From an uncultured Bacilli bacterium (GTDB taxonomy: Bacteria; Bacillota_I; Bacilli_A; RF39; UBA660): a stretch of DNA of 36,414 bases. Of the stretch, positions 36,373-36,414 are shown in pieces. The number at the start of each line of letters is the position of its first letter. The first letter of the stretch is position 1. The DNA lies in NCBI GenBank assembly GCA_947627845.1, contig CANQXQ010000003.1:1-36414 (forward strand), given 5' to 3'. The notes beneath the pieces were generated by a model. It did not search any database and was not told where the DNA came from. It saw nothing but the letters and a program-made list of their open reading frames with translations. A program made the translations under genes and the position numbers.

Positions 36373-36414
36373 TTAAGTATAAGTTAGAAAATTATAATAT
36401 GATTGATAGAAAAG

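Noticed and set aside
1-36414. CRISPR array, tRNA/rRNA, intact transposase or integrase, recognisable anti-phage operon, alternative genetic code
   Set aside because: No repeat-spacer periodicity, no GC-rich structural RNA block and no such protein motifs seen; TGA ends genes normally

Overview
A very AT-rich, gene-dense chromosomal stretch read with the standard bacterial code (TGA is a stop at 6913 and 24656; Trp is TGG). It has Firmicutes-style RBSs (AGGAG/GGTGA) and many TGnTATAAT promoters. This fits a reduced-genome gut Bacillota lineage such as RF39-like Bacilli, which is an inference only. In order, the window holds: a 5'-truncated gene fragment; a class II Fic-HTH gene; a probable IS left-end relic; a bile salt hydrolase; a membrane-anchored XRE regulator; a MATE/cytidylate-kinase-like fusion behind a structured leader with a terminator; flavin reductase, YjbR and DUF1003 genes; an ABC exporter plus OmpR two-component module; a P2A ATPase; an unannotated ECF sigma pseudogene; a membrane GDPD that seems to lack one metal-ligand motif; a 30-aa membrane peptide; DUF1848; a YtrA/ABC operon; PepSY, LTA-synthase, divergent TrmB, NUDIX, GH25 and C26 genes; a minus-strand operon of acyl-CoA ligase, hybrid kinase and HPt-REC; a lone XRE antitoxin-like gene; a CDF transporter; a GT-C-like membrane protein; and a tandem-XRE gene. 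I saw no tRNA, rRNA, CRISPR array or intact transposase. The best candidates for an undescribed system are the ligase-coupled phosphorelay (28518-32906) and the structured MATE leader (4805-4942). All product calls come from motif recognition by eye; no searches were run.
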